A stretch of DNA of 62,880 nt, the filler included, from Octopus bimaculoides (taxonomy: Eukaryota), in the NCBI RefSeq assembly GCF_001194135.2. It is 7 parts of 6 records of this genome, joined end to end, with 100 filler letters (N's around TTAATTAATTAA, not from the genome) between each part and the next. Parts side by side here need not be neighbours in the genome. Positions count along the whole stretch, not along the records: positions 1 to 6,876 come from NC_068999.1; positions 6,977 to 12,669 come from NC_068996.1; 5 more parts are not named here. One strand, 5' to 3'. Shown here one piece after another: positions 1 through 10,409 of this stretch (positions within the stretch are counted from its first letter, which is position 1; each line of letters begins with the position of its first letter). The position numbers and the translations under genes are program-made. The notes beneath the pieces were generated by a model. That model made no database searches and was not told the DNA's origin. It saw nothing but the letters and a program-made list of their open reading frames with translations.

Positions 1-17
1 CCTTTTTCTTTTATTCT

Positions 18-399
18 TTTACTTGTTTCAGTCATTTGACTGGAGTCATGCTGGAGTCATGCCTTTTAGTCGAAGAAATCGGGCGCTGGACTTATTCTTT
101 GTAAGCCTGGTACTTATTCTATCAGACGTCTTCTGCCGAATCACTATGTTACGGGGACGTAAACACACCAACATCGGTTTTCAAGCGATGCTGGGGGGGG
201 GGGCACAGACACAAAGACACACATACATATATACATACATATTTGACGAGCTTCCTTCAGTTTCCGTTTACCAAATTCACTCACAAGGCTTTGGTCGGCC
301 CGAGGCTACAGTAGACAACACTTGCCCAAAGTGCCGCGCAGTGGGACTGAACCCGGAACCACGTGGTTTGGAAGCTACCTTCTTACTACTGCTGCGCCT
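18..399 (-). mobile_element. tRNA-derived CORE-like SINE (probably octopus OR2-type), near full length
   Basis: Reverse complement matches the + strand copy at 11855-12254: tRNA-like head, CORE-like segment, internal CA/TA tract and 3' tail. Confidence 0.8.
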
Positions 400-658
400 A
401 TATATATGTGTATGTGTGTATATGCGTGTATATGCGTGTGCGTGCGTATGTGTCTATGTTTTTGTGTGTATGTTTGTCTCCACATCATCGCTTGATAACC
501 GGTATTGGTATGTTTATATCTCCGTCACATAGCGGTTCGGCAAAAGAGACCAACAGAATAAATACTAGTCTTTAAAACAATCCTGGGGTCGATTTCTTCG
601 ACTAGAACCCTTCAAGGCGGTGCTCGAGCATGGTCGCAGTCAAATGACTGAAACAAGT
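400..658 (+). mobile_element. CORE-like SINE, 3' half (with microsatellite), inverted relative to the 18-399 copy
   Basis: GCGGTTCGGCAAAAGAGACC...CCTGGGGTCGATTTCTTCGACT...GCATGGTCGCAGTCAAATGACTGAAACAAG matches the 3' half of 11855-12254. Confidence 0.8.
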
Positions 659-767
659 TATTGGAAATAATAAATATTAAATAATAAAAAAGGAAGCAGA
701 GTATATTTTAGATTAAAAAAAGAACTTTGTTTATCTTAATTCTGAAAAGCAAAAGGGGCATAAAAAA

Positions 768-794
768 CCGCATTATTTATGGGATGACCCAATA
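768..794. mobile_element. Isolated mariner terminal inverted repeat plus TA
   Basis: CCGCATTATTTATGGGATGACCCAA-TA is nearly identical to the TIR at 5861-5887 that bounds a mariner transposase remnant. Confidence 0.75.
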
Positions 795-796
795 TG

Positions 797-828
<32 letters not shown>

Positions 829-1399
829 CGTAAATATCAAACAATGAGCGTGAGAGCTCAAGACCGCATTGGTGGATAAAGATTCTTTATTTCTATATTA
901 AGGCTACCATTGGCTTCACGTTAAGGAAATTCTCAACAATTATTCAAGCCAATCACATAGATATATTGGTGTTTATCNNNNNNNNNNNNNNNNNNNNNNN
1001 NNNNNNNNNNNNNNNNNNNNNNNNNNNNNNNNNNNNNNNNNNNNNNNNNNNNNNNNNNNNNNNNNNNNNNNNNNNNNNNNNNNNNNNNNNNNNNNNNNNN
1101 NNNNNNNNNNNNNNNNNNNNNNNNNNNNNNNNNNNNNNNNNNNNNNNNNNNNNNNNNNNNNNNNNNNNNNNNNNNNNNNNNNNNNNNNNNNNNNNNNNNN
1201 NNNNNNNNNNNNNNNNNNNNNNNNNNNNNNNNNNNNNNNNNNNNNNNNNNNNNNNNNNNNNNNNNNNNNNNNNATATATGATTTATTACAAAAAACATAC
1301 GATCATACATACAAAAGTCGAAAGTGAGAGCCATATAAGAACCAGATATTCAGTATTCTTACATGCATGTTTGTACCCATCCTTCATACACACACACGT

Positions 1400-1472
<73 letters not shown>

Positions 1473-2724
1473 CCTGCGTGCGTGTATGAGTGTGTGTGTA
1501 TTTCCTTTACTGAAATTGAAACTCAGAGTTTGTCTCAGAACTCATGTTACACACTGCTGCGATCTACAGGCGAGAACACATGGTGTATTAACAGAAGAAT
1601 ATAGATCGGCGTGTGAAATACATTGGTCTATGTTCTGTTTATGAATCTTGTGTTTCTTAACTTCTAGTGCAAAAATATACTTGCCAGTTATATTCCTGTG
1701 TTTCATATTTACTTCAGTGTCCCATTGATTCCGCTTGTTGCCATACTCTGACACAACAACGAAAACATTGCTGTTTTGACTTTGTTATCGTAGCTGTGCA
1801 AATGTTACGACACAGAACTTCAGAACGTAAAGACTATGTGAGATGTCTACATTGAAGTGCTTTCTTCAATGAGTTGCTTGAATTTCTGTTTAAATATCTA
1901 ATATTTTTCCTAATTGGTATTTGTGTTTCATATACTAAGGTTAAAATAGTTTGATTTAACTTTCACGACTATGAACAAATTCATATTCGTAGAGATGCAC
2001 ATAGATGGAATTGTTTACAAATACATGCACAACACACACACACACACGCACACATACATACACACACTGAAGTATATACACATATATAGACACACGTACC
2101 TATCTACCTACATACATACATACATACATACATACATACATCCTTCGTAAAAGTATGATAAACAACTAAGAGATCAGATTGTGAAAAGTGAAATACGATA
2201 CAATAATATTACATATAAGATTATTATATTTGGTGATATAAAAGTTATCAGCGATAAGAAATTGTAGTAACTGTTTGAACAAAACTGTATGAACAGAGCA
2301 AATTCCAGTTTTCTGGAATTTCGATCTGGTTCGAAAAGTAAAGACATTGATTTCAAAGTGTTTCTGAAAAAAATACTTTTTAAAATATTGCTTAAAATAA
2401 TAGCCCAATTACAATAGGAAAATTCTCCCTCATTTCCCCTAAGTTTTTCTTTTTTTTTTTACGCTGGCATGCGGTGAGCCGACAACTACTATTGATGAAG
2501 TACATGTATGCCGAAATCAAGTGGTTCAAACGTTCCGCCACCTATGTCAAACAATTCTTGCCTGCTAACCACATGCCAAGGCTTTTAACACTACGTTGAT
2601 ATGAGAGATTGTCTCAATGCGAATACTTCAGTAATACGGCATTTTAACAATACATACACGTTAAGTAGGATATAAAGATTGCTATACATATCTTTTTCTT
2701 TTTCTTCATACTTTTTTGCACTCA

Positions 2725-2915
2725 TTATGCTACTGTTATGCTGGGGCATCGCCTCGAAGAATTTTTAGTCGAACGAATCACCTCCAGTACTTAGTTTTTT
2801 CCTATCAATCTCTTTTGCCAAACCGCTAATTTACGTTAGCGTAAACATATCAACACAGATTGTCAAGTGGTAGTGGAGACAAACGCCGACACAAAGGCAC
2901 ACATATACACAAACA
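2725..2915 (-). mobile_element. CORE-like SINE, 3' half, diverged
   Basis: ATGCTGGGGCATCGCCTCGAAGAATTTTTAGTCGAAC...CTTTTGCCAAACCGCTAA; reverse-complement similarity to the family tail. Confidence 0.65.
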
Positions 2916-3051
2916 CAGACACAAAAACGCACAATGTATATATCTATATTTATCTATCTTTATATATATANNNNNNNNNNNNNNNNNNNNNNNNNNNNNN
3001 NNNNNNNNNNNNNNNNNNNNNNNNNNNNNNNNNNNNNNNNNNNNNNNNNNN

Positions 3052-3118
3052 AATACATCTGTTTGTTTTCTACACCACCTGTCTTCGTCTTTTGTTTTTT
3101 TGTGAATTCTCTCTATAC
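3052..3118 (+). repeat. Short dispersed repeat, PLE-terminus-like family 2 (3' part; the rest is in the gap)
   Basis: AATACATC...TACACCACCTGTCTTCGTC...AATTCTC also occurs at 42411-42590 (-) and 44291-44425 (+). Confidence 0.75.
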
Positions 3119-3285
3119 AGATATATGTGCATATGTAGATGTATGCGTGCGTACATTGATATATGTGCGTGCGTGTATGATATACGCAGTTTTAGACGCA
3201 TTTTGTCACTACACAGTAATTTTCCTTTGCGTTTAATTTGCCTTTGTTTTTAACGGTCATTTTTCAAAGGAATTCTCAATGGCTG

Positions 3286-3347
3286 GATAACTGAAGAGAT
3301 GTTGGCGTGGACTCCCCACCCTGGCATCCGAAACTCGGAGTTTTATC
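3286..3347 (+). ncRNA. Candidate minimal type I hammerhead ribozyme
   Basis: Stem I GATAA(3286-90)/TTATC(3343-47); core CTGAAGA(3291-97); long stem II 3298-3329 with G10.1-C11.1; GAAA(3330-33); near-palindromic stem III ACTC-G-GAGT; cleavage triplet GUU(3340-42). Confidence 0.7.
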
Positions 3348-3406
3348 ATGGCTACTGAATAAGTGTCACATATTTTTACAGATATATATACATATATATA
3401 TATATA

Positions 3407-3567
3407 TACGACGGGCTTCTTTCTGCTCCCAAATCCATCCACAAGGCTTTGGTATGCCCGTGGCTTTAGTAGAAGGCACTCGCCCAACGTACCATACAGT
3501 GGGATTGGACCATGAACCTAGAACCATGTAGTTGGAAAGCGAACTTCTTACCACACAGCCACGCCTT
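3407..3567 (-). mobile_element. CORE-like SINE, 5' half
   Basis: Reverse complement reads GGCGTGGCTGTGTGGTAAGAAGTTCGCTTTCCAACTACATGGTTCTAGGTTCA..., matching the family head. Confidence 0.75.
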
Positions 3568-4408
3568 TCCACTCATATACGTAAGTATATAATTTAAGTG
3601 AGTAAAGTAGAAGTTAAATCATTTCTGTAAACGACTGATATCTTTATTTGATATCACATAAAATACGTAATACATTTAGTATATAGAAATACTATAGTTT
3701 GCTCACTTTCGCAGACTTCTTGCTTTGACAAAATGGTCAATCTTTGAAGTAAACCTGCGATGCAAAATATATTTATATCACATTAATTGGTGGTCAACAA
3801 CATGCAAGTAGACGGGTAACTCAAAGCTCTCATTTGGTATATCATATAAGATTCAAGTGAATTAATCGTAATAAAAGATATAAAAGTAAAATCAATATAG
3901 ATCAAAGCGTTTACCATTGAATGGCATTAGACCATTTTTATGAACCTTTTTGTCGATATTAAGCAGTTAAAACACACAGAGAAGCAAAACAATGTCTATG
4001 CTTGTAAACCCTCCAATCCCCACTCGTTACACATTCATACTCTCTCTTCATACATATCTCATCATACTGCCTCGAAATATGTATACACATTACAAATACA
4101 GACATATACAAATATATAGAATGAAAAATGAGGGCGGAGAATCCTATAATATTTTAAAGTTAGAATATTCTTAAGGTAGAATATTCTTGCTAGAATTCAA
4201 AAAATAAAATAGGGGATTTGGGCTGGTAGAATGACCTACTACCATTTACTTTGTTTCTTTATCTCGCTTCTATACATTGTTTCTTGTTTATTACTCATCT
4301 CTGCACTCTTCTCATCTCAATCTTCTCTCTACCTTATGGAGTGCAGCTGTCTTTCACTCTCTCCAGCACTTTGACGCTATTCTTCTTTCTGATATCTGCC
4401 TTCTTTCT

Positions 4409-5045
4409 AGTAAAGGGTGAGGCTGAGAGGACGGACGTTTGAAAAACAGACGAAGTCATTAATTTTAGCTGCAAACAGATTTTATTGACATCAATGTGTT
4501 CGTATTGAATTAGCATTTGTCAAAATCAAGTGTGGAGAACAACATCCATCATGTGATGTCCGTTTCCATTGATGTATTTCTGAAGGCGTTCTTGGAAGTT
4601 GGCCTCCACTCTCTCCAGCATTGCTTTGTTGATTTCGGCGACTTCCACGCGAATAGCTTCTTTCAAATTGTTCTATGTACAGGGCTTATGCGCATACTCA
4701 CGTGCCTTGATGTTTACCCTATAACAAATAATCAGAACTGGACAAATCAGGGGACCGATGGAGCTAAGGAATGTCAGCAAACCTGGAAATAAGGTGGACA
4801 CCGAAAAGCGGGAGAAAAGCGTCCATTGATGTTCTGACTGTGTGCGCCCTCATCTCATCCTGCTGAAACCATATACGTCGAATAGGTATACGTTTTCATC
4901 GTAATTCAGGCACAAAGAAGTTGTTAATCATCTCGATGTATCGCTCGGAGCTCACAGTAACAGCATTTCCATTATTATCTTCAAAAAGGTAAGGACCAAT
5001 GATGGTAGCTTTTCCAACAGTACACTAGACCATCACTTTTAGACT
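4409..5045 (-). mobile_element. Tc1/mariner rosa-type (DD41D) transposase, 3' half, pseudogenised
   Basis: Manual translation: IIGPYLFEDNNGNAVTVSSERYIEMINNFF...WFQQD...AHTVRTSMDAFLPLFGVHLISRFADIP*LHRS(PD)LSSSD...NLKEAIRVEVAEINKAMLERVEANFQERL. There are 41 residues between the second and third Asp, with stops and frameshifts. Confidence 0.8.
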
Positions 5046-5110
5046 CCAGGACTTATTTTCTAAGCCCGATACTTACTCACTGGGTCTCCTTGGCCGAACG
5101 CTAAAGTCGA
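5046..5110 (-). mobile_element. About 65-bp CORE-like SINE tail fragment at the mariner/rosa junction
   Basis: Reverse complement TAGCGTTCGGCCAAGGAGACCCAGTGAGTAAGTATCGGGCTTAGAAAATAAGTCCTGGAGTC resembles 12128-12192. Confidence 0.65.
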
Positions 5111-5887
5111 TTAAACCTTTCATATCCTACCAAACTGATAACAAAACCTTACGTGGGTGAAGATCTTTAGCCTGGGGTGCCGGCGTTTCTCCTTTCCCTG
5201 CCCACTGTCTTCGGTGCTTGACATTTTTATAGAGAGCCCGTTTCTCGTCACCAATCGCCATTCGGTCCATAAACGAATATCGTGAGACGTGACAGCAAAG
5301 AAGAGTAAACATTCACTCTCTGCGCGCGATTAGATTCGGAATGTTTGTGAGGAACCCATTGACCCAATTTGCTGACTTTTCCGATGGCACGCAGGTGTCA
5401 AGGAATGGTCGAATGACCAAATCCAAGTTTCTCTGTTAGTTCCTCAATAGTTTCGATGGGATTTTGTTCCACCAGGATATGCAGGACGTCCTCGTCGAAT
5501 TCTACAGATCTTCTAAGACGAGGCTCGTCTTGTAGGCTGTAGTTTCTGGCCCAGAATCTCTGGAACCACCGTTGACACTGGCTTACACTTATTGTCCGAT
5601 CCCCATATACTGCATTAATATTCCTCGCACTTTCCATTGCGTTGTTGCCTTTATTGAACTCATAAAGCAACATATTCCAAATACGATTCTTTGTTATATC
5701 CATTATAGCTTTGAAACATAACTGTTAAAATCGAACCGCACTCTTCAAAACTTGCACCAAGAATAAGGACAAGGTAAAATTACTACCTGCTTGTATAGCA
5801 AGTTGATGCAGGTAGTTTATCCCGTCCCCCTCTGACTTTTAGTTCATGCAATTGAAAAGACCGCATTATTTATGGGATGACCCATTA
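5111..5887 (-). mobile_element. Mariner (DD34D-type) element, 5' half with TIR and degenerate transposase
   Basis: ORF 5398-5703 encodes an HTH region (LLYEFNKGNNAMESARNINAVYG...QRWFQRF). ORF 5127-5312 reads AIGDEK...HPRKVLLSVW. TIR plus TA at 5861-5887. Confidence 0.9.
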
Positions 5888-6376
5888 TATATATACATCT
5901 GTATATATATATNNNNNNNNNNNNNNNNNNNNNNNNNNNNNNNNNNNNNNNNNNNNNNNNNNNNNNNNNNNNNNNNNNNNNNNNNNNNNNNNNNNNNNNN
6001 NNNNNNNNNNNNNNNNNNNNNNNNNNNNNNNNNNNNNNNNNNNNNNNNNNNNNNNNNNNNNNNNNNNNNNNNNNNNNNNNNNNNNNNNNNNNNNNNNNNN
6101 NNNNNNNNNNNNNNNNNNNNNNNNNNNNNNNNNNNNNNNNNNNNNNNNNNNNNNNNNNNNNNNNNNNNNNNNNNNNNNNNNNNNNNNNNNNNNNNNNNNN
6201 NNNNNNNNNNNNNNNNNNNNNNNNNNNNNNNNNNNNNNNNNNNNNNNNNNNNNNNNNNNNNNNNNNNNNNNNNNNNNNNNNNNNNNNNNNNNNNNNNNNN
6301 NNNNNNNNNNNNNNNNNNNNNNNNNNNNNNNNNNNNNNNNNNNNNNNNNNNNNNNNNNNNNNNNNNNNNNNNNNNN

Positions 6377-6876
6377 GAGGCAAATGTTTTTAGTTGGAGT
6401 TATGAACTCTTTTTCAACAGAAAGTTTATGTCTGTTCCTAGAGAAATAAGGTCACTGAGGGGTGTGTGTGTTAAGAAGTGGTTGGAATTTCTCTATGAAA
6501 AGATTCTCCTTGTTGATTCTTTCTTGTGTGGAGATTCTGTCTTTACATTGATAGAAAGGGAATATAATGAATTTAGGGTTTTTGTTTCTGGCGCAAGAGT
6601 CTATGTGGCCACTGAGTGGAATTTGGCGGTATTGAGGGAGATTTATTTGTTCCTTATGGACTGCTATTCTTCTACGCAACGGGAGGCTCGTCTGTCCGAT
6701 ATAGAAATTTTGGTAACCTGCGCAAGTGAGGACATAAATGAGGTTACATGAGGAACAAGAGAAATTGGTTTTGATTTTAAACTTTGTTCCTCGTTTGAAG
6801 GTAAATTCAGAGCCTTCAAGTAGGTAGGGGCAGGTACCACAATTAGGGCGTGCACATTTTTTAACTGATGGGGGTG
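6377..6876 (-). mobile_element. Penelope-like element 3' end: open GIY-YIG endonuclease with Cys-rich linker (Neptune-like), plus 3' terminus
   Basis: Stop-free frame 6874->6452: SVKKCARPNCGTCPYLLEGSEFTF...NLIYVLTCAGYQNFYIGQTSLPLRRRIAVHKEQIN...HIDSC...ERINKENLFIEKFQPLLN. It is cut by a scaffolding linker at 6877. Confidence 0.85.
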
Positions 6877-6976
6877 NNNNNNNNNNNNNNNNNNNNNNNN
6901 NNNNNNNNNNNNNNNNNNNNTTAATTAATTAANNNNNNNNNNNNNNNNNNNNNNNNNNNNNNNNNNNNNNNNNNNN
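6877..6976. other. Artificial 100-bp scaffolding linker (44N-TTAATTAATTAA-44N)
   Basis: The same structure occurs at 12670-12769, 18279-18378, 35801-35900, 48229-48328 and 56061-56160. The 12-mer gives stops in all six frames. Confidence 0.95.
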
Positions 6977-7009
6977 AAACTACTGAACAACAACAACAAC
7001 AACAACAAC

Positions 7010-7092
<83 letters not shown>

Positions 7093-7110
7093 CAACAATA
7101 ATAATAATAA
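6977..7110. repeat. (AAC)n/(AAT)n microsatellite
   Basis: Direct inspection. Confidence 0.95.
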
Positions 7111-8110
7111 ATCCATTCCTGAATTTTAAAAAGTCTTGAGCTGGTACAGGTGTCTGATGAAATATCAAATTTTATTAGAAGATCAATGAAAAACTGGAAT
7201 ACAGAGTTAATTTCATGTGGAAAATTTTTGGTGAGGGTTAACATCAAGAGAGGCATATTTCAAGGAGATAGCCTATCACTGTTGCTGTTTTTGATTTGAA
7301 AAGTGGAGGAGAATTAAATCATCTGTTATGCATGAATGATTTATAGATCTTTGGAATGACCAAACGTGAAATAAATGGCCTAGTTTCAATAGAGCAGATA
7401 TTCAGCAAGGATATCAGGATGGAATTTGGGATTAAAAGGTGTGGTATGCTTATAATACAAAGGGGCAAAGTAAGTGTCGTCTGATGGTGGAGAGCTATCC
7501 AGCGGTGAGAAAATCATGGATGTTAAGACTAATGGATATAAATATCTGACGATGTTAGAATACATCTAAATCAAGGAAAGTGAAATGAAAGAAAGCTTTA
7601 GGTGAGAATATTTCAGAAGAATCAGGTTAGTTATGAGAAGTAGATTCAATGGAAAAAACGAAATCAGGGCAATGAAACGCTGTTTCCTTAATGCAATACT
7701 GCGCAGGTATTGTTAGGTGGACAACGAACGAGCTTGAGGAAATGGACAGGAAAACTGGAAAAGTAATGACAATTAACAAGGAACTACACCAAAAAGCGAT
7801 ACTGACAGAGTGTATGTGCCAGAAACAGGGGTTGAAGAGGTTTCATGGGATGCAAGATCTATGTTGTCAATGTGAAGAACAGTGTGGGGTGGTACATCAA
7901 ACAACGGAGTGAATCCTTGCTTGCTGCTGTTATAATTAACAATAGAATACCTACCGAAAACGTGATGAAGCCACAAACATTTAAGAAACAAGATGAAGAA
8001 GAAAGAATAAACAACTGTAATAGTATGGACTATGAGGAGAGTGTCTGCATTCCAGTAGTCGTAAGGGCAGTCGGAGCAAGAACAACCAAGTTCGAGAAAT
8101 ATACTAGTTG
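7111..8110 (+). mobile_element. R4/Dong-clade non-LTR retrotransposon, 5'-truncated and internally deleted RT fragment
   Basis: Degenerate translation: SMKNWNTEL...NIKRGIFQGDSLSLLLF...LNHLLCMNDL*IFG...FSKDIRMEFGIKRC...YCAGIVRWTTNELEEMDRKTGKVMTINKELH, then it jumps to the REL-end motif IPVVVRAVGA...FEKY. Confidence 0.8.
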
Positions 8111-9182
8111 GAAGTTTTTGGTTCTGTACCGCAATCAATTTTCCAGATGTCTCAATTTCGAGTCATGCGTTTCTTGGGACGATTGTCTTTTTGCTTGTTT
8201 TTCTCCAGTATGTGCAGTTTTTTTTTATTAATATCTTATTTTAGTATTAGTCATGTATGAATTTTTATTACTATTCTTTGAGTATTCTGTTGTGATAACA
8301 AAAAAATAGAAACAAAAATATGCCAGCATCATAGAAAGCCATAAAAAGACGAAAAGTTGACACAGCAGAAATGGGAGAGGATTTTTGGCACAAGCGGTGA
8401 TGAAAAATCTGAATTCGATGGCTTTTAACTGGGGTTTAGATTGTAAGTAATAATCTTTCGTTATTGTTAATTTCATAGTGGTGTTTAACCTTAAATATGC
8501 TTTGTTGGCTTCTTTTCGTTTTATAGGTTTCTTTTTTTATATATACTTGTGTAGCGACTATTATATAATCATGTTGTTATTTCTTTTTTCTAAAATAAGT
8601 AGTTCAATTAATGACTTAATTAATAATCAACATGTTAATAGTTGACATGTAAATATAGATTTCTGTCACAGAACGTTTCTACCAAATTACCCTTTGCAAA
8701 AATATAGAGTGTAATTTATATACGTGGAAACAAAGTAACGAAAGCAATAGCTTTACATAATGATAGCTTATAATCATAAGAATGTTTTCTTATACTTGCA
8801 CAAGGTTACAAAATATAGGAGTAGGATACGTGCATTATATCGTTATCAATAAATGACTAATCTTTTGTTTTAGCTACACTCAGTATAATGAGAAGTAAAA
8901 TCGATCTCGTTTTGGCGCTTATATTAACAAAAGGGAACAACTGATTAAATGTACCCCAATTGGCAACTGTCATGTATTATATTGACCCATGAAGAATGAA
9001 AATTATTCTGCTTCGGTAGAAATTGAACACCATACGTTCTGTTGTAACCATTTCCTTGTGGTGTCTTTACCGTTTGAAATAATATATGTGCTTCACTAAC
9101 TTTTCTAGAAAAACTATACATTACGACAGAAGGGCAATTCCTTCGCTAGAGACAAACTTTACGAACAAACTCACTCTCTCTC

Positions 9183-9256
<74 letters not shown>

Positions 9257-10017
9257 TCTCTCTGATTCTCACACACATGCACGATCATAAAGAAAAAAAA
9301 AAGAAATATGAAAATACATAGAAATAAATGTACACAATTTTTGATTCAGAAAGAAATCAATATTTAAGATGTAAAGATATTTACAACTTACAGTTCATCG
9401 TGATGTCTTCAAAATCAGCTTGCACAACACTGCACACGTGACAGTTTTTATAATAATTTTCTAGCGCTTTGATTTTTTTTTTACTTCTGTTTCTTTTGCA
9501 TAAAATTGTTTTGTAGAGGTTTTCTAGTTTATTTTTCTCTGAAGCAATAACAGTGATAACATTCAACCAGTGATGGTAAATATTTTACAGAAATCAAAGA
9601 CAGAATTTTAGTTCAGTCTGTGATATTTAAGAAAAAATAAAATCTTGTATAACTCCATATTTTTATAGTTATTTGTTGAAATATTATTCTTCCTTTTCTA
9701 TTACATTTTATTTTGCTTGCAACGTATTACACTCTACATTATAATCAAAACGGTTAGCTACTCTAGTTTACGGTGAGAACAAAGAAGGCTCTTTTACATC
9801 TGCCCCAAAGTATTTTTTTTTCTTTAGCACAATTACTCTTGCAAATGTAGACTATCACTGTCATCTAAAATTATTCTAACAAGAATGAAAGACAGATCTT
9901 TGAATTTGGCTTCTGCCAATTTCTCTTTGAAACTATCAAAGCCTCGAATAATTCGGTGTGAATGTTTAAACAATTTTGTCTGGGATTCTACCGATTCTGC
10001 TATTCACTGCCATTAGA

Positions 10018-10190
10018 GGAAGAAGAAGAAGAAGAAGAAGAAGAAGAAGAAGAAGAAGAAGAAGAAGAAGAAGAAGAAGAAGAAGAAGAAGAAGAAGAAG
10101 AAGAAGAAGAAGAAGAAGAAGAACAACAACAACAACAACAACAATAACAACAACAACAACAACAACAACAATGACAACAACAACAGCAAA
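10018..10190. repeat. (GAA)n followed by (CAA)n microsatellite
   Basis: Direct inspection. Confidence 0.95.
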
Positions 10191-10200
10191 ACAACGGTAA

Positions 10201-10405
10201 TAATCCCTTCTACTATAAGCACAGGGCTTGAAATCTTAGGGGAGCGGGCAATCGATTACATCGACCACAGTGTTCTTATTGTATCAACCTCGAAAGGGTA
10301 AATGGTAAAGTTGACCTTGGTGGCATTTGACTTCAGAACGTAAAGAACCGGGAGAAAGACACTAATCGTTTTGTTCGACGCTCAAACGATTCTGTCAGTT
10401 TGCTG
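10201..10405 (-). mobile_element. Meta-like tRNA-derived SINE (possibly OR1-type), diverged
   Basis: Reverse-complement similarity to the array units at 37861-38932 (GTTCTGAAGTCAAATGCCACCAAGGTCAACTTTACC...). Confidence 0.7.
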
Positions 10406-10409
10406 ACTT

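Noticed and set aside
2492-2517. TTGATGAAG...CCGAAAT, hammerhead-like spacing
   Set aside because: C3 is absent, there is no convincing stem II, and there is no stem I/III or cleavage triplet.
6921-6932. TTAATTAATTAA as a biological motif (PacI or homeobox-like site)
   Set aside because: It is always centred in exactly 44+44 Ns, so it is an assembly linker.
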